A DNA stretch of 61,604 nt, counting the filler, from Choristocarpus tenellus KU-1152 (lineage: Eukaryota; Protista; Phaeophyceae), in the NCBI GenBank assembly GCA_964200185.2. It is 10 parts of 10 records of this genome, joined end to end, with 100 filler letters (N's around TTAATTAATTAA, not from the genome) between each part and the next. Parts side by side here need not be neighbours in the genome. Positions count along the whole stretch, not along the records: positions 18,882 to 25,688 come from CAXNAD020007302.1; positions 25,789 to 28,944 come from CAXNAD020021899.1; positions 29,045 to 32,795 come from CAXNAD020018156.1; positions 32,896 to 36,056 come from CAXNAD020021862.1; positions 36,157 to 41,257 come from CAXNAD020011872.1; 5 more parts are not named here. One strand, 5' to 3'. Under the pieces are notes generated by a model. That model had not been told where the DNA came from. It saw only the letters and a list, made by a program, of their open reading frames with translations, and searched no databases. Positions 23,820 to 36,945 of this stretch are shown in pieces (within the stretch, counting starts at the first letter, position 1; every line of letters begins with the position of its first letter). The position numbers and the translations under genes were made by a program.

Positions 23820-24500
23820 TTGCTATCATCAAGAGAGCGACCACAAACAATCAATAAGAGGATGAGGGGCACCAGGGAGTGGGACAACGCTTGGTTGACT
23901 ATTGTTTCGGTGGTATGTTTTATTCTGCTGATGCGGAGGTTGTCTCAAAGATCGAAGGAGGTTTGGCCGGACTGATAATAGCGCTTGTAAAGGTGGTCAG
24001 ATTATTCAGTTTGACCTATGTTGGCATCAAAGATGGAGACTCTCTGTGTCCTTGCCTTCCTAACCAAGATGGTGAAACCATGTAGATCCAGGAACTGGGT
24101 CAAACCTACAAGCAAACTGTTGAATTTGTTAACCTTGGGAGAACTATCAGTGATAATGTTGTTGCTGCTGAGATCAAGCGAAGGATTCGGAAAACTTGAA
24201 GCTGTACTCGCAAATCCAGGCAAGTTCTTTATGACAGGACCTCAGGTGTCTCACTTGAGCCTAAGATCCGAATGCTCAAAGCTAAAGTACTTGAACTTCA
24301 GTGATAATGGTTGTATGATGTGGACACTCCGTTAGGCTCATTATCTGAAGCTCTGCTCACATCACAATAAATTCCTCGTCCATTGCATAGGTTTCAGCAA
24401 ATAGGAACGAACCAATTACATCCTATCAGACAAAGATGCTCTTAAGAAGAGTGGGTGTGAGAGTATCAAGGAAACAGTCCGCAAGCGGAGCCTTCTAGAC
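23820..24500 (+). pseudogene. RTE-clade LINE reverse transcriptase fragment
   Basis: MFYSADAEVVS (YADD motif), GQTYKQTVEFVNLG, EIKRRI, KIRMLKA, GCMMWTL, GCESIKETVRKR; several stops and frameshifts. Confidence 0.85.
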
Positions 24501-24611
24501 CACAGGTGTGGAATCTCTCAAACTGTCATAACAATAGTAATAACAACGGCTTGGATCTCTGGATTTGGGGCGACAACAGTCACCAGGTCGCGTTAATGGA
24601 GCAGTTGCGAG

Positions 24612-24709
24612 ATGGACAAGAACAGGATCAAGGCGAAGAAAGGAGTGAGACGTGCCAAGCTAGCCGGTCAAGACAATCTAAAGAGAGTGCAAGTAACAGC
24701 ACAAACAAG
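24612..24709 (+). CDS. Possible first exon of an unknown gene (MDKNRIKAKKGVRRAKLAGQDNLKRVQVTAQT)
   Basis: ATG, coding-like composition and an AAG/GTGCGT donor; no family recognised. Confidence 0.3.
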
Positions 24710-24770
24710 GTGCGTATGGGCATACCTGAACAGAATTTTTTTTGAACAGCTCCAGGTCAAGTCTAACACT

Positions 24771-25029
24771 GAGCCAAAGTATCTTAGAGGGTAGGGTCGC
24801 GTCCATTTGGGAACCAAAATCCAATGTTGCGATTTGGATGTAATTTTGGATATCGTGTTTGTTAGGAAGTATCAATATCCTTGTTCCAAACACAACTTTT
24901 CATAACGAATACATTTTTCCTACTCTGAAACTTTTGGAGTAGGAAAATGTCATAAAAAAAACATGGGAAGCCAAGCACCAAATGGACAAACAGGGCAAAA
25001 CTCGTACCCTCTAAAAGGTACTTTCACTC
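24771..25029 (+). mobile_element. Family-A MITE
   Basis: Full TIRs; flanks ACT/ACT. Confidence 0.92.
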
Positions 25030-25788
25030 ACTAGAATTGGGTCCATTCACAACACGACCTAATGAATGAGGGACATTCACTATGATAACAGAGAAACAAG
25101 AATGGCTAAAAAGGGTCTCAAGGAGATCATTGTCAATCGAGAGTATCTGAGACAGACATAAAGACTCCTTGGAGATTCTGCCCAGATCTGGAACTGAGGT
25201 TCCACGGTGATTCATCAGTAAATGAAGAGGAGGACTGTAGGCAATACTCTCCATGAGAGAAATGTCCTTGAATATGTCCTCAGAATTGGAAACCAGGAAT
25301 GACCCTCGGTCAACTCTCTGGCATGTGTCACCTTGTGTGCGGAAAGGGGAATATCATTTTGCCTCTAACTTTTGTGCACATAAAAGCAATGGAATAGTGT
25401 GCATTGCCCGGGGTAAGAAAGATGACCCTCTGCAAAAGGGTTCAAACTTGCCTACATCTCGACTGGTTAGTAGGCAAATATACTGGAGTAGGAGGCACTT
25501 TATTGTGATTTGATCAAGGCTTCATATAGTGGACCTTACCAGAGGAGTGTCGTCTATGTCATATTACCACAATGACAGAGCCTTAAGTGAACAATGGGTG
25601 CAAACAGAGGGGCAAACAATGCGAGAATGCTAACGAACTTTGAACAGCCGATTTCAAAAATTGAGGATGGAGCTTTTCATTGAGAATGNNNNNNNNNNNN
25701 NNNNNNNNNNNNNNNNNNNNNNNNNNNNNNNNTTAATTAATTAANNNNNNNNNNNNNNNNNNNNNNNNNNNNNNNNNNNNNNNNNNNN

Positions 25789-28700
25789 CTCTTTGCCGTG
25801 AACGCGGGACTAAACAGGAGTTCACACCTGCAGACAGCCCTATATTTAATGGGGTTGTGGAATGCATGCTGGGTATCATTGATGAAGCTTCATTAGTTGC
25901 CACCTTCAAGCTCCACTATTTTTTCCCCATGTCACTATCCCCAAGACAGACTCTCTCTGGGCCGAAGCTCAACACTATATCTGTGACTCGCTCAATCGCA
26001 CATCGACCATGGCAAATCCTGGTTGTAAATCACCGTATGAAATGTGGTATGAACCCCTGCACCCCTGTTGACCTACCGATTTCTCCAACCTGGTTTTTGC
26101 CGTTTCAGTAAGACCCGTAAGACTTTCCGAAAGACTAGATGGTGTTTTTACTTGGGTCCAGGGATCAATCACCCCTGTGATTCGTACTGTGTTCTTACTC
26201 ACGTCGGTGCTATTGCTACTACGCATAACCTGACATGGCTGTCCACTAATGACTCCAGTCTCGCTCCAGTAAGAGAGTTTGTCCCTGCTTTGTGAAAGGG
26301 GGGGGGGAGGGCTTGATGCAGACCCTGGTTCTAAGGACAAGTTTTCCAATTCCGAAGCATGTGGCCCACCATTAGATGTACAGTCTATTTGTTCATCTCG
26401 CTCCTCCATTTCATTCCTATCTGATGACTCTTCTCGTAGCGACAGAAGTGAGGACAGGATTGTACTAGGTGAGAGGCCATCCATTGGCAACAAAGGAGAC
26501 GATTTGACTAATGATCCTCCCCTCGGTGAAGGGAGTGTAGGTGAGTTTGTCCAGGACCTGGCTGTTGACCCTTCCCCTGGTGATGGGGAGGGAGGTCAGG
26601 TTGACATGAATCTGTCCAGAGACACTACCTGAGACGGTGAAGGGAGTGTAGGATATGTCTCATCCTTGAGTTCACAGCACTTACCTCAGGCAGGTGCTGA
26701 CCCAACTGCAGCTCGCCAGCTGGAAGACTTTCTTCCCTATCCAGTCCGTGTGAACCTTGCGTTGAGTTGGGTAGGACTAGACAGGAAATGTTAAAATATA
26801 GGCTACTCATTTATTTCTCCTTGATATGATACAAATCACCAGCTTGCACTGGCTGTTGTTTGGTCCACTGCACTGGTCATTAGTGTCCGTTTTTTGTTCA
26901 CATTCCCAACTCAGCTCCACAACATCAATATCCAGGACATTGGAGTGTAACACCAGTCGATATACATCACACACACTCAGGGATTGCATGCGCCATCCGA
27001 GTTACTTCATATATTGATTCAAGTGTGTTCTCTCATACGTTTTATTTTTTTGTTGTCTGTTATCTTCCGTCTTCTTCTTAACAGCAGAAGACTCCAATGT
27101 TATTTGTTGGTTATTATTTCTTTGTTGGTTGTCGTTGCCCCCTCAGAATGCACCAAGCTCACCTTGCAACGCATATAAGACACACACCAGGATGCAAGAT
27201 AAACAGAGTTAAAACCATCCTTGGAAACCCTTCTCAGACAAGGTGACAAACCTCTTCACAGAGGATGAATTTCTTCATTTGGACGTCTCAATGAATGATC
27301 ACACACTCACTATCAATCACGGTCTGCTCTTAGTAAAACACGCCATAGAAGAGACAGTACACATTTCACTTTAACCAAAGTCTGATTGAGTAAAATATCC
27401 CTTCAGACGCCACAGACCGAACCCGAGGATGTCTTGTTGCACTATGACACACACCTGTTCCTAAACCTGTTAATCACAGCACAACCGAACATACTTTCAC
27501 ATCGAACATTGTCTGATTGAGTAAAACATGTCATCAGACCAACCAGAAAGAACCCATCAGTGCTTTGTTGCACTATGATCCCCTTCATCACAAACCAGAC
27601 ACATCACAACAATGCACCACCCATACCAGATCAGGTGTCAACAGGAAACGCATGCCAGAGTTGAAGGGAGTGCAGGTGTTGGTAATGTGATGTCTCTTAT
27701 TGCTAGTGTGGAGAGGAAACATGTTGCTTATGCCCTGGCTGTACAGCCCACGCCTGAGTCTGTGTTGATGTGTACCCTCCTTCATGGTCGTCTTGTTTCT
27801 GAGTTGGGACCAGCCCCCCAGTCTCATGCTGATGCTCGAAAGTCTGAATTCTGCCCAGTATGGGAAGAGCCTATGTCTAAGGAGTTGAATGGTTTATTGG
27901 ACCCAGGTACCTTCAGTGTTGCAGATGTACCTTGTGGGCGCAAGGCGATTGGTTCCAAGTGGGTGTTTAAATGGAAGGGTGACTATTTTGGGATGTTCGG
28001 TGGGGCTAAGGCTACGCTAGTTGCTCAAGGTTTTGGTCAGGAGTATGGTGTTGATTGCTTTGAAACCTCTGCCCGACACCTTCCGCCTCATCGTTAGGCT
28101 AATGGCCAGTATGACCCGTGAGTTGAACCTGAGGGTGTGGCACCTAGATGTGGAGCAGGCCTTTGTTTAATCTCACCGGGATGAGGAAGTGTACATGCAT
28201 CTCCGACAGGGATGTGGAGATCTCTCCTATACGACCATACCCCTTGACAGGTCCCTGTATATGGTTTACACCAAGCCTCCAGGACTTGGAATGCTAAGTT
28301 GGTCTCCACCCCAAAGCGTAATGGTTTTTGAGCAGTGTCTGATTGATCCGTGTATATTTAGATTCAGGAGGGATGGTGTTGTCAAGATAATCCTTGCAGT
28401 TCATGTGGATGACCTTATGGTTTTGGCGTCTGGTGATGATTGCAATGATCTTTGTGCGTCCCTGCATGGAGAGTTCCTCACCAAACCTTGGCTTGTTGTC
28501 TCAGCTTTCTGGTTGCACTCACACAAGAGATTGGAAGCGTGGTGCCCTCTCCATTACCCAGACTAACTACATTGACAGTTGGAATGAACGGTTTCCTACC
28601 CAATCAACAAGTCCCACCCCTGCTGCCCCTTCCAGATACCCTGTCAGAGGCTTGCCCTCTCCGTGAGGCACTTGGGGGGTTGATGCGGGCCAGTAACATG

Positions 28701-28944
28701 ACCAGGCCAGATGCGGCTAATGCAGTGAGAGCTGTAGTTCGTCATTCACATGCTCCAAGTTGTGTCCACTGGAGAGCTGTGACCTATATCCTCAGGAACC
28801 TCAAAGGAACGTGGGAGTTGGGTTTAACCTACGAGAAAGGAGGAGCAGGAATGAAACTAGTGGCCCATGCTGATTCAGAACTCGCCAATGATAATTTTCA
28901 CAGATGTTTTGTATTAGGGGGGGCAGTGATGTGTGTGTGGGGGG
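25789..28944 (+). mobile_element. Decayed Ty1/copia pol (integrase end, linker, RT, start of RNase H) interrupted by a solo LTR
   Basis: RKAIGSKWVFKWK..KATLVAQGFGQEYGVD, ILAVHVDDLMV, TRPDAANAV, LVAHADSELA; multiple frameshifts. Confidence 0.92.
26789..27643. mobile_element. Solo LTR (855 bp) with 5-bp TSD GGAAA
   Basis: TGTTAA...TCAACA termini; GGAAA at 26784-26788 and 27644-27648; removing it restores VELGRTRQETHARVEG. Confidence 0.9.
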
Positions 28945-29099
28945 NNNNNNNNNNNNNNNNNNNNNNNNNNNNNNNNNNNNNNNNNNNNTTAATTAATTAA
29001 NNNNNNNNNNNNNNNNNNNNNNNNNNNNNNNNNNNNNNNNNNNNGAGCGGTCATATTGGGGTTGAACCCTAGATTGTAGGTCAGCAAGAGTGGCAACAG

Positions 29100-29790
29100 A
29101 TATACTATTACTTTATTAAAGTATAGGGTTTAGACAGGAAAAAAGTCTCCCTACCCTTTCTTCCTGTTGTGCGTTCGCGCACCCACTCTTTGACCTCGGC
29201 AAGGATGTCCTCGTCGAGGCCCAGAACAAAACGCCTCTCGTCGCGCCCTTGCTCCGACCCCTTGGTGTGGCTCTTAGTTAGGAAGTCTCTCTCCCATTTA
29301 TTCACAGTTTCCGACCTGACAATCACCTATCCTGCTGCCATCTTGAGCGCTGTTTGACAGTCTTTCCCATTGCTCATACACAGGTACAGCATTCGCAATG
29401 TTAGAGCCTTTACTATCACATTTCCTCGTGGAGCGCCGGAAATGGGTTACCTTCTTTCGGGATTCAGAGTCCTTGTAGCCCAACCCTAACACCTTCTTTC
29501 TCGTTTCCTAAGCCACTCTGGCTCACATAGCTTCCAAACAGCTAGGGCCTGGCGCAACTGTCGACTACTAAGATATTCTCAGCGTCAGTGCCACAACCGC
29601 GTGGTCCATTTCGCGATTCGATCATGCTGCTGCGCCACACTACTTGCACTTTCTCGTCACCTAACATCGTGCTGAGTTTCACACGGTACTTGTTTTTCCG
29701 ACCCCTCTCGACAGAGAAGGTGCCGAGGGTAGATCCAGAGGGCAGAGTGGCCTCGGCAGCTCCCCTTGTCTCACCGTCGTGGTTCATGTT
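29100..29790 (-). pseudogene. Decayed ORF, possibly a DNA-transposase N-terminal (HTH) region
   Basis: Overlapping minus-strand ORFs (VNKWERDFL..DEDILAEVKEWVRE..RKG); the upstream 50 bp (29796-29845) recurs at 61455-61505, so the region is repetitive. Confidence 0.3.
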
Positions 29791-30418
29791 GTTGTATAAG
29801 TCACGTGTGTTTGTGCTCACAAAAAGTCTGGAAAAGGCGTTAAAAGAGGAAAATCTTGGGTAGGTTTTCTGCTTTTTTTTCGGTGAGGGTCGCACCACCC
29901 AAACTTGGGTAGGGACGAACCCCAGACCAGTTTTCTCCAAGGAGTTCAGCCAACCACTTCATTTTTGTAAGTTTTTAAGTCGTGACCTTCAAAATTGTGG
30001 CGGAGGTATTCCCTCGCGTTTTTTCCATTATTTTATCAGGACATAGTTCCCGTTAGCCGAAGTTTCTACATTATTTCTGGATACAAACCTTCAAAAAGTC
30101 TTGTCATAAGCTTTCATTTGATATATATATTGTGTATCTGTTGGGGCGTTCCAGTGAAAAGAAGCAGAACTGCCACAGAGAGAGTGAACTACTGTTGTGC
30201 AAATTATTTGACATTTACTACATATTTGTACACCTGTAGTTGTACATTACATACGTTATTTATGTATTTTTCTTTGAATCTTTTTGTTGTTGAATGTTTG
30301 AATGAGAATTAGCTCATCCTATGTCAAGATGAGACGTATATGGAACACGCTGAGATAGACCTGAACCTGATTGTACTGTCAATAGTGTTTTGAAGGAACC
30401 CTCTCTCCCTCTACGGTC

Positions 30419-30961
30419 ATGGATTTTCCCTCACCTCACCTACCATTGGTCACATGGACGCAGACGTTTTTCTCTCTTGGGGTTGGAGTAGTTGTTGCCG
30501 TGGTTATTTCCAGTCGGCTTTGTAAGAGACGAGTGAATGTATATCGCTGGCCTCGTCCTCCAGTCTCACTCCCAGACTGGATGGGACCAATTGGTGGACA
30601 TACGTTACAAATGGTCCCCGCAAAGGTACCCAAGCCCTAAATTCCTTGTGTTATGGTTCTAGCACACCCGTGATTTGCATTCGCATGAGTATCACCGACG
30701 GTCTGACCCCCCACCTCTCCAAATGCCAACCTCATTGCCATATGATGAACTTCTGCGCATCAAGTCCAATGCGCCAGCTAATTTCTATACTGCCACTGCC
30801 CCAAACGCGAGCAGTTAGTCGAGAAGTTAGAGGGCTGGGCTGAAGAGATGGGAGGTGATTACGAGGTTATGTTGCTTGGTCGGCGCATGGTAGTTTTTAC
30901 TACTCACAAAGAGTGCTCGAGGATCATGTCCATGCGCCCAGGGAAGTTCAAGAGAGATACT
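30419..30961 (+). CDS. Cytochrome P450, first two exons (30419-30625, 30815-30961)
   Basis: TM anchor, basic stretch, Pro-rich PRPPVSLPDWMGPIGGH, then LEGWAEEMGGDYEVMLLGRRMVVFT..RPGKFKR; phase-0 GT-AG intron; heme motif not in this contig. Confidence 0.75.
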
Positions 30962-33401
30962 GTGAGTGCGCGCAATTTTTTCGCAGAACCCCAAATACAT
31001 TGGGGCTTGGAGAACTATCAATATTTTGTATTGTTAAGAGACCACGAGCAGGTGTATATCCTGCTCAACTCAGCGACGCGAAGTTGTTTATCAATTTGCT
31101 ATGGTTCTCGCGAACCTACGTCACTCTCTCTGTTTTGACCCTTGCAGCTACGGCGAACTACCCTGCATATCTTATGCTTGATACCTCCTCTTTGTGCTTG
31201 AACTCCAAAGTTGTCGGCAGTGTTAAGAGCCCCTGAATGCAGTGCAGTTTGAAATCCGGTAGCCTTTGCACAGGTATCACCATAGCAGTTCGAAAGAGGC
31301 ACATAGTAGTAACCTGTGTGGATAGTAACATGTGTTGGGCTGGTCTTCCTGTCTTCAACTCGAGATGAAGGGTAATTTCCCAGCTCTCTGTGATCACAAA
31401 TTCGCCCATGAAGCTCTTGTTTAAGTCGTTTGATGCTGCTGTCCTAAGCCGTGGTTTGAGATTCCGGATTTTAGGAGTGGCATTGCTATTGACACTTTGT
31501 CCTACACAGTCGTGCCTATATGCTTGTTAAAAATGCTTTACAGTACAAACAGTACAGAAAATCCCTTCTATCCTGTCAACCAAAGCAAGCCAGGATACCA
31601 AGCTCTACAGACAGGCTGGTCCAGCAGGGAAACTTAAGATGCCCTACTGTCAAGACTTCCACTTGGTACTTTCCAATTTTGAGACATCATGATCGTTTGA
31701 GACATGTTGGTACAAATATCTTGTGATCACCACAGGCCCCAAAACACTGATTTTACTTGCGTATGTCAACTTCGTTGAACTATGCATGCACAAAGCGTGC
31801 AGACCATAGAGTGTTATGAGATGACTGCATGGAAACGGTCATCTCTTTAAGGAAGTGTAAAGCAAATCACACAGCTCGTAAACATGCCATAAGGTAGTCT
31901 ACTGATGTAGAGGTCTCCATTATGATCTTGATCGTTGTTTGTTCGTTGAATCTTATCTTCATGATTCACAACAACGAAAAACGCATTTAGTAATTGAGCT
32001 TGTTATGGAAATCAATACTATATATACTGAATTGTAGATATGAGAGAGAGTGCATTACAGCACCTCAGGGGAAATGGTTCTAATTTCGACGCTCATACTT
32101 GAGGGTGAGGTGACCCCGCAGTAAGGAGCCTTACATGATTTTTGGTATCTAGACAAAAATGATCCCACGCCACTTAGCCGAGGGAGCAATGCATAAATAT
32201 AGTGAGTTGAAAGTATGAAGTTTTGAAGTTCATGTACATATCAAACTACAACATGCTCTGCATGTTTACAGGCCCGAATCAGACTGAAAATTTTCAACAC
32301 CGCCATTGGAACTGTAGGGTACAACTTACGTTTTTTGTTTGTTTGTTTGTTGAGCTCTCCTGTGCACTGTACATGGCTTTCACAACATCTCACTTGACCA
32401 ATTTTTTTGAGTTCCTTGCCAATGTCCGCCTGTTACGAAGGGTAATATGATCCACAGAGAGAGTTATGATGATAGACTAATGAAGAGACAAAAGGCCTCA
32501 AAGGTCTTCACTGAAGGTCTTGATGATGGAGTGTGCAGCAGTGGGCTGCTTGGTGGCATGATTTTGCCCTCCCAGTACTTTCAATTCTGTAACTGATTTT
32601 CGAAAAGAGATTTTGATTATCTGATTATATACATATATATATATAGGTGATTGGCAAAGGAAAATATCAATCTCTTGATCTCTTGGGATCAGTTTCATTT
32701 TTTTTTCTCATTACTTTTAACTGTATCCTCCCCTGGTGGTGTCCCCCCCCCCCTCCCGACCCCCCCCTGCCCCCCTTCCCGTCTGAATGAGAGATNNNNN
32801 NNNNNNNNNNNNNNNNNNNNNNNNNNNNNNNNNNNNNNNTTAATTAATTAANNNNNNNNNNNNNNNNNNNNNNNNNNNNNNNNNNNNNNNNNNNNCCCGC
32901 CTTTCCACCTGGGCGTCTTGCCCCCCCCCCCCCCACCCTGCCTGTCAGATACGCCGATCTGCATTTATCTAGTTTCTCATGCAAGTTGTTGGACTTGTAA
33001 TACATCGCAAGAGAACAGAAGGAAGAGGGAGAATAATGCCACAACAGCCCAGGGCTAAAATATAGTAAAAAAAAATCTTGCATCACATAAAATAAAAAGA
33101 AAACATCAGCTTTTTTAATTTGCTGCTCATTCGTTGTACCCCTCCTCCCCCCACCACCGCGCGAAATTCTGCACGTCACCTGAAGCAATAATGGGCGCCG
33201 ACTCTGGTAAGCATGTTACCTGGAGTTCAACAGACACATGAACAACCTGCTTGAACTAACTACTGGATGAACGAGGCATCATCAACAAAAACAATCTCGT
33301 ATCCTCTGTTTGCCGTTGGTCAATCATTACTTTGCCAACGTGTGCGCCCGCCCACCTCTCCCCCCCCCCCCTCCTTCCTGCCCCCCGTCCCGATTATCTT
33401 C

Positions 33402-34121
33402 TTACTCCTCTTCGTCATCCCCTTCATCCTCCTCTCTATCATACTGTTCATCATCCTCTTCTTCCTCCTCGTCCTCCTCCACGTCACTGACATACTCCGG
33501 GTCATCTTCCATGGCAGAATCACCGGCACCTCTCCATACCTTGCGACCTTTCCCCTTTCCACCCATGCCGGAAGAGGGACACTTGCGCTTTCTAGTGGTC
33601 ATTGGCGTCAAGTCCGAGTCCGAATACAGCACTTCGAACCCAGGAGAACGCACTACCCTAAGACCCGGGAGCACGTTGAATGGTGATCTCGTGTCATTCT
33701 TTGCCCGGGGTTTGCACACCCTTCCGACCACGGGCGTGACGAACATCTGCCCGGGGTCAACCTGGGAGAAGGGGAGAAGGACCTGGTGACGGCTTCCACT
33801 CTGCGGCATCTTTGACGTGAATTCAATGTTGGCATCGTCTGCCTTCTCGGTCCAACGCATGTAGTAGAGAGGGCAAGTGACTGCCACGCGCAAGTAGAGC
33901 TCTGCGCCCAGCCCACACACCTCCATTCCAGGCGAGAGCATGCGCTTGAGCTGTCAATTGTTGGCCACATGAAGCAGATGAATGCACTGTTCTTCTTGGT
34001 CTTCAAGAGAGATCGAACGGAAGGCCTCTGATCGAGAGTTGCACACTTCGAGATCACCCCACTCAGGGAGGTCATTCCCGCCGACTTTGTAGTCTTTCCC
34101 TTCAAGCGGGAATAAGGCCAT
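33402..34121 (-). pseudogene. Intronless orphan gene (~239 codons) with a basic NLS-like patch and acidic tail; one in-frame TGA at 33956-33954
   Basis: MALFPLEGKDYKVGG...VANN*QLKRMLSPG... runs in a single frame to ...EDEGDDEEE*. Confidence 0.6.
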
Positions 34122-34482
34122 TTCTGCGGGATTCGAGGACGAGCTTGCACGCGGTTGAGCATTGTGGAAGACAAAGACGGCGGTGGGGTCGGGTGGGGTG
34201 GAGGGATGTTGGGGGGGGGGGCAGATTTCGGTGATTCATGAATGTTCGTGATTTGGAGGTAATCTCGTCCGAAGGTGGTGCAAAAACGTCAACCTTATTG
34301 TGGCAAAAGTTAAACACACTACCGATCCAATACTTACCCGCAAGGCCAATAGTTTTCTACGCGACGTATTTGGGTGCCGCATTAGATAGGTTAGGACTCG
34401 GGAATAAAAAAAACGATTATTCTGCGTGCCGGTAACTAGACTCTGCCATTCGATATTTACAAAATATGTAACTTAGTGCCTT

Positions 34483-36013
34483 CTATACCACATTCACCTC
34501 GACCTGGTAGCCGAAGTGACCCAAAGTATCTTAGAGGGTAGAGCCGCGTCCATTTCGGGCCAAAATACAATTTTGCGATGTTGATGTAATTTTGGCTATC
34601 GTGTTTGTTAGGAAGTGTCAATATCAATGTTCCGGACACTTTTTCATAACATATACACTTTATCTACCCCTAAACATTTTGGAGTAGGAAAATGTCGCAA
34701 AAGAATCAATGGGAAGCCAAGCCCCGAATGGACAAAACAGGGCAAAACTCATACCCTCTAAGATACTTTCACTCAAATCCGTCGCCACCGTCTTCGCAAC
34801 GAAAATGGTCGCCTCATCGCGTCCCATTGCCTTTCCCTGAGGATTGACGGCCTCTTCAAAACATCGCTGCGTCTCCGTTGGGACGAGGGTCTGCCCCAAG
34901 GCTTCCGGCAGGCAGGAAAGGCCTATGACGCGTTCTTGAATGAGAGACTTGGATAGCTGCAACATCATGTGCGTCATGTGACAGCCCAACCATGTGGCAT
35001 TGAAGTGGGTTAGCCATGCGATTAGGTTACGTTACGTACGTAGGGGTTATTCCGGCGTTGGTTAAAGATGTTGTGGTGTACCACAGCACGTTTGATTTTT
35101 GTTCGTGTGGGGAAGGAGGACATTACGACGTACCGACGTTCACACACAAAGTCTTGGGGTCTCGCGATTTCCAGCGGTGGTGTGGATAACTGCGTGCACC
35201 GTGTTAGCAACGTGTAAACATCAACAAGGAAACATCACTACAACAATGGCACGCCCGAGTCCTATCCATAGGGAACCAAGACAGACAACAAGTTGGAAAG
35301 CAATGGAAAAAAAGCCAGCACATCCTTCTTACCTTCCACTTGCCGTCCTTGTAGGCTTGGCCGAAGGAGGTGTACATCTTCTCTTTCACCTCGTCCTTTG
35401 ACGCCGCGTTGGACACGAACATCTCCACCCTCCTGCTCCGTTCAAGGGCCGCCTCCACCACGTTGTGCCTCTCTGCGCTGAAGGAAACGACGATGTCCCC
35501 AGCATTCGTGTACCTATCATAGGAGGGCAGTTAGTCAATTATCCCGAGGAGTACATTGTATTGTGCACGGATTCATCATATCGCAATGTATGAGTAGTAA
35601 CGTACTGATACAGGGTAACACACTCTTGGTGTGGTTTGACGCTTAACGTACTGATTCAGGGAAACACACTCGTGGCATGGTTTGACGCCCCTGAACCGTC
35701 ACCCAGCTCGTTGTATTACTGGTTAACGATCTCCTACACCTATACAATAAAGGTCGCTGCTCCTGTGAAGAAGGGTGTGTGTGACGCTATTAACGAACCT
35801 GTGAAGGAGGAAGTGGGGGGCCCTCATGGGGATGTCCGTTGCAGCACCTTGGTACTCGACGTCAAACATGATTTGGAGTACCGGACGAGATGCATCTCTC
35901 CCGTGGCCAAAGATGTCGTCGACGGTTACTCGCTTGTTGCATGTGAACTCTGTCCCATCGTTGTGCGCAAGAAGTATCATGTCCAGACAACATCTGAGAT
36001 AGTTATCAGTGCC
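34483..36013 (-). pseudogene. Intron-containing orphan gene disrupted by a 5-bp duplication and a MITE
   Basis: Phase-0 intron 35332-35190; removing the GTTAC duplication (35026-35035) and the MITE plus 4-bp TSD gives continuous ...YVRNLIAWLTHFNATWLGCHMT...KTVATDFGYQVEVNVV*. Confidence 0.6.
34518..34774 (+). mobile_element. Family-A MITE inserted in the last exon of the orphan gene
   Basis: Full TIRs; flanks AAGT/AAAT. Confidence 0.92.
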
Positions 36014-36945
36014 TGATTGAGGGCGCCCCCCCCCCCTCGTATTGTCTGTTAGGTTTNNNNNNNNNNNNNNNNNNNNNNNNNNNNNNNNNNNNNNNNNNNN
36101 TTAATTAATTAANNNNNNNNNNNNNNNNNNNNNNNNNNNNNNNNNNNNNNNNNNNNCCCCCTCAGATACTTTGGGCCTCCCTCTGAGACTATCATCATCT
36201 CATCGCCCAAGAATTGCTCCCATCTCCTTTATTGGACAAATAATGTGGTGATAGTATTTATGTGAATAATATTGATAGAAGGGGAAATCAGTTAAGGTCG
36301 TGATACAAATAGGTCATAAAAAGAAGAACTGAATGGTTTCATAATAATGCATTGGTGTGCCTTTGAATCATACTACTTTGGATGGCAAAAAAATACCTCC
36401 CATAAACCTTAGTTCAACTGTCTGTAAATACCACTATGGCCAATACTACATGTCCATAGTTTCTCCCTTCAAATGATCTCTCCGCAAGCAATATTGAGGA
36501 GACATGGGAGAGGGAGAGAGAGAAAGAGAAAGAGAGGAATGTCAATTCAATCAATGTTCGAGTTCAATTATCCTTTCTTGAGACATGTGATCTGGGTACA
36601 TGTGTGATGTAGATCATTTGTGCCACTTTCAGCATGCCCTATTCAGGATTGAAGATATAAGCAGATGATGCCAAACAATGAGCTTAGGAATTGGTGTCAG
36701 CGAAAACGTTGCCACTTGACGATGATCTCCCTGAGGTCAATACCCACTTCTGGTGCTTCTTGTAAGCTGATTATTGCATGGCATAACCAAGTCAAATATG
36801 TGTGAGCATAGTAAGTAGCCTGCTACTACGTCATAGACACAGTCAGTAAGCAATAAAAGTGGACTCCTATTCTTCCCTAATAGGACTCCAAAGATACAAA
36901 GAATTCCCCTCCAAAGGTTGGTCTGGTCTAAACGTTATGTGTCAG

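Noticed and set aside
33954-33956. In-frame TGA as selenocysteine or readthrough
   Set aside because: There is no redox motif context or recognisable SECIS, and the neighbouring gene is also decayed, so a nonsense mutation is simpler.
33653-34174. 173-aa ORF from the track
   Set aside because: It is an alternative frame; the frame from 34121 with one internal TGA is continuous with the 33402-33941 ORF.
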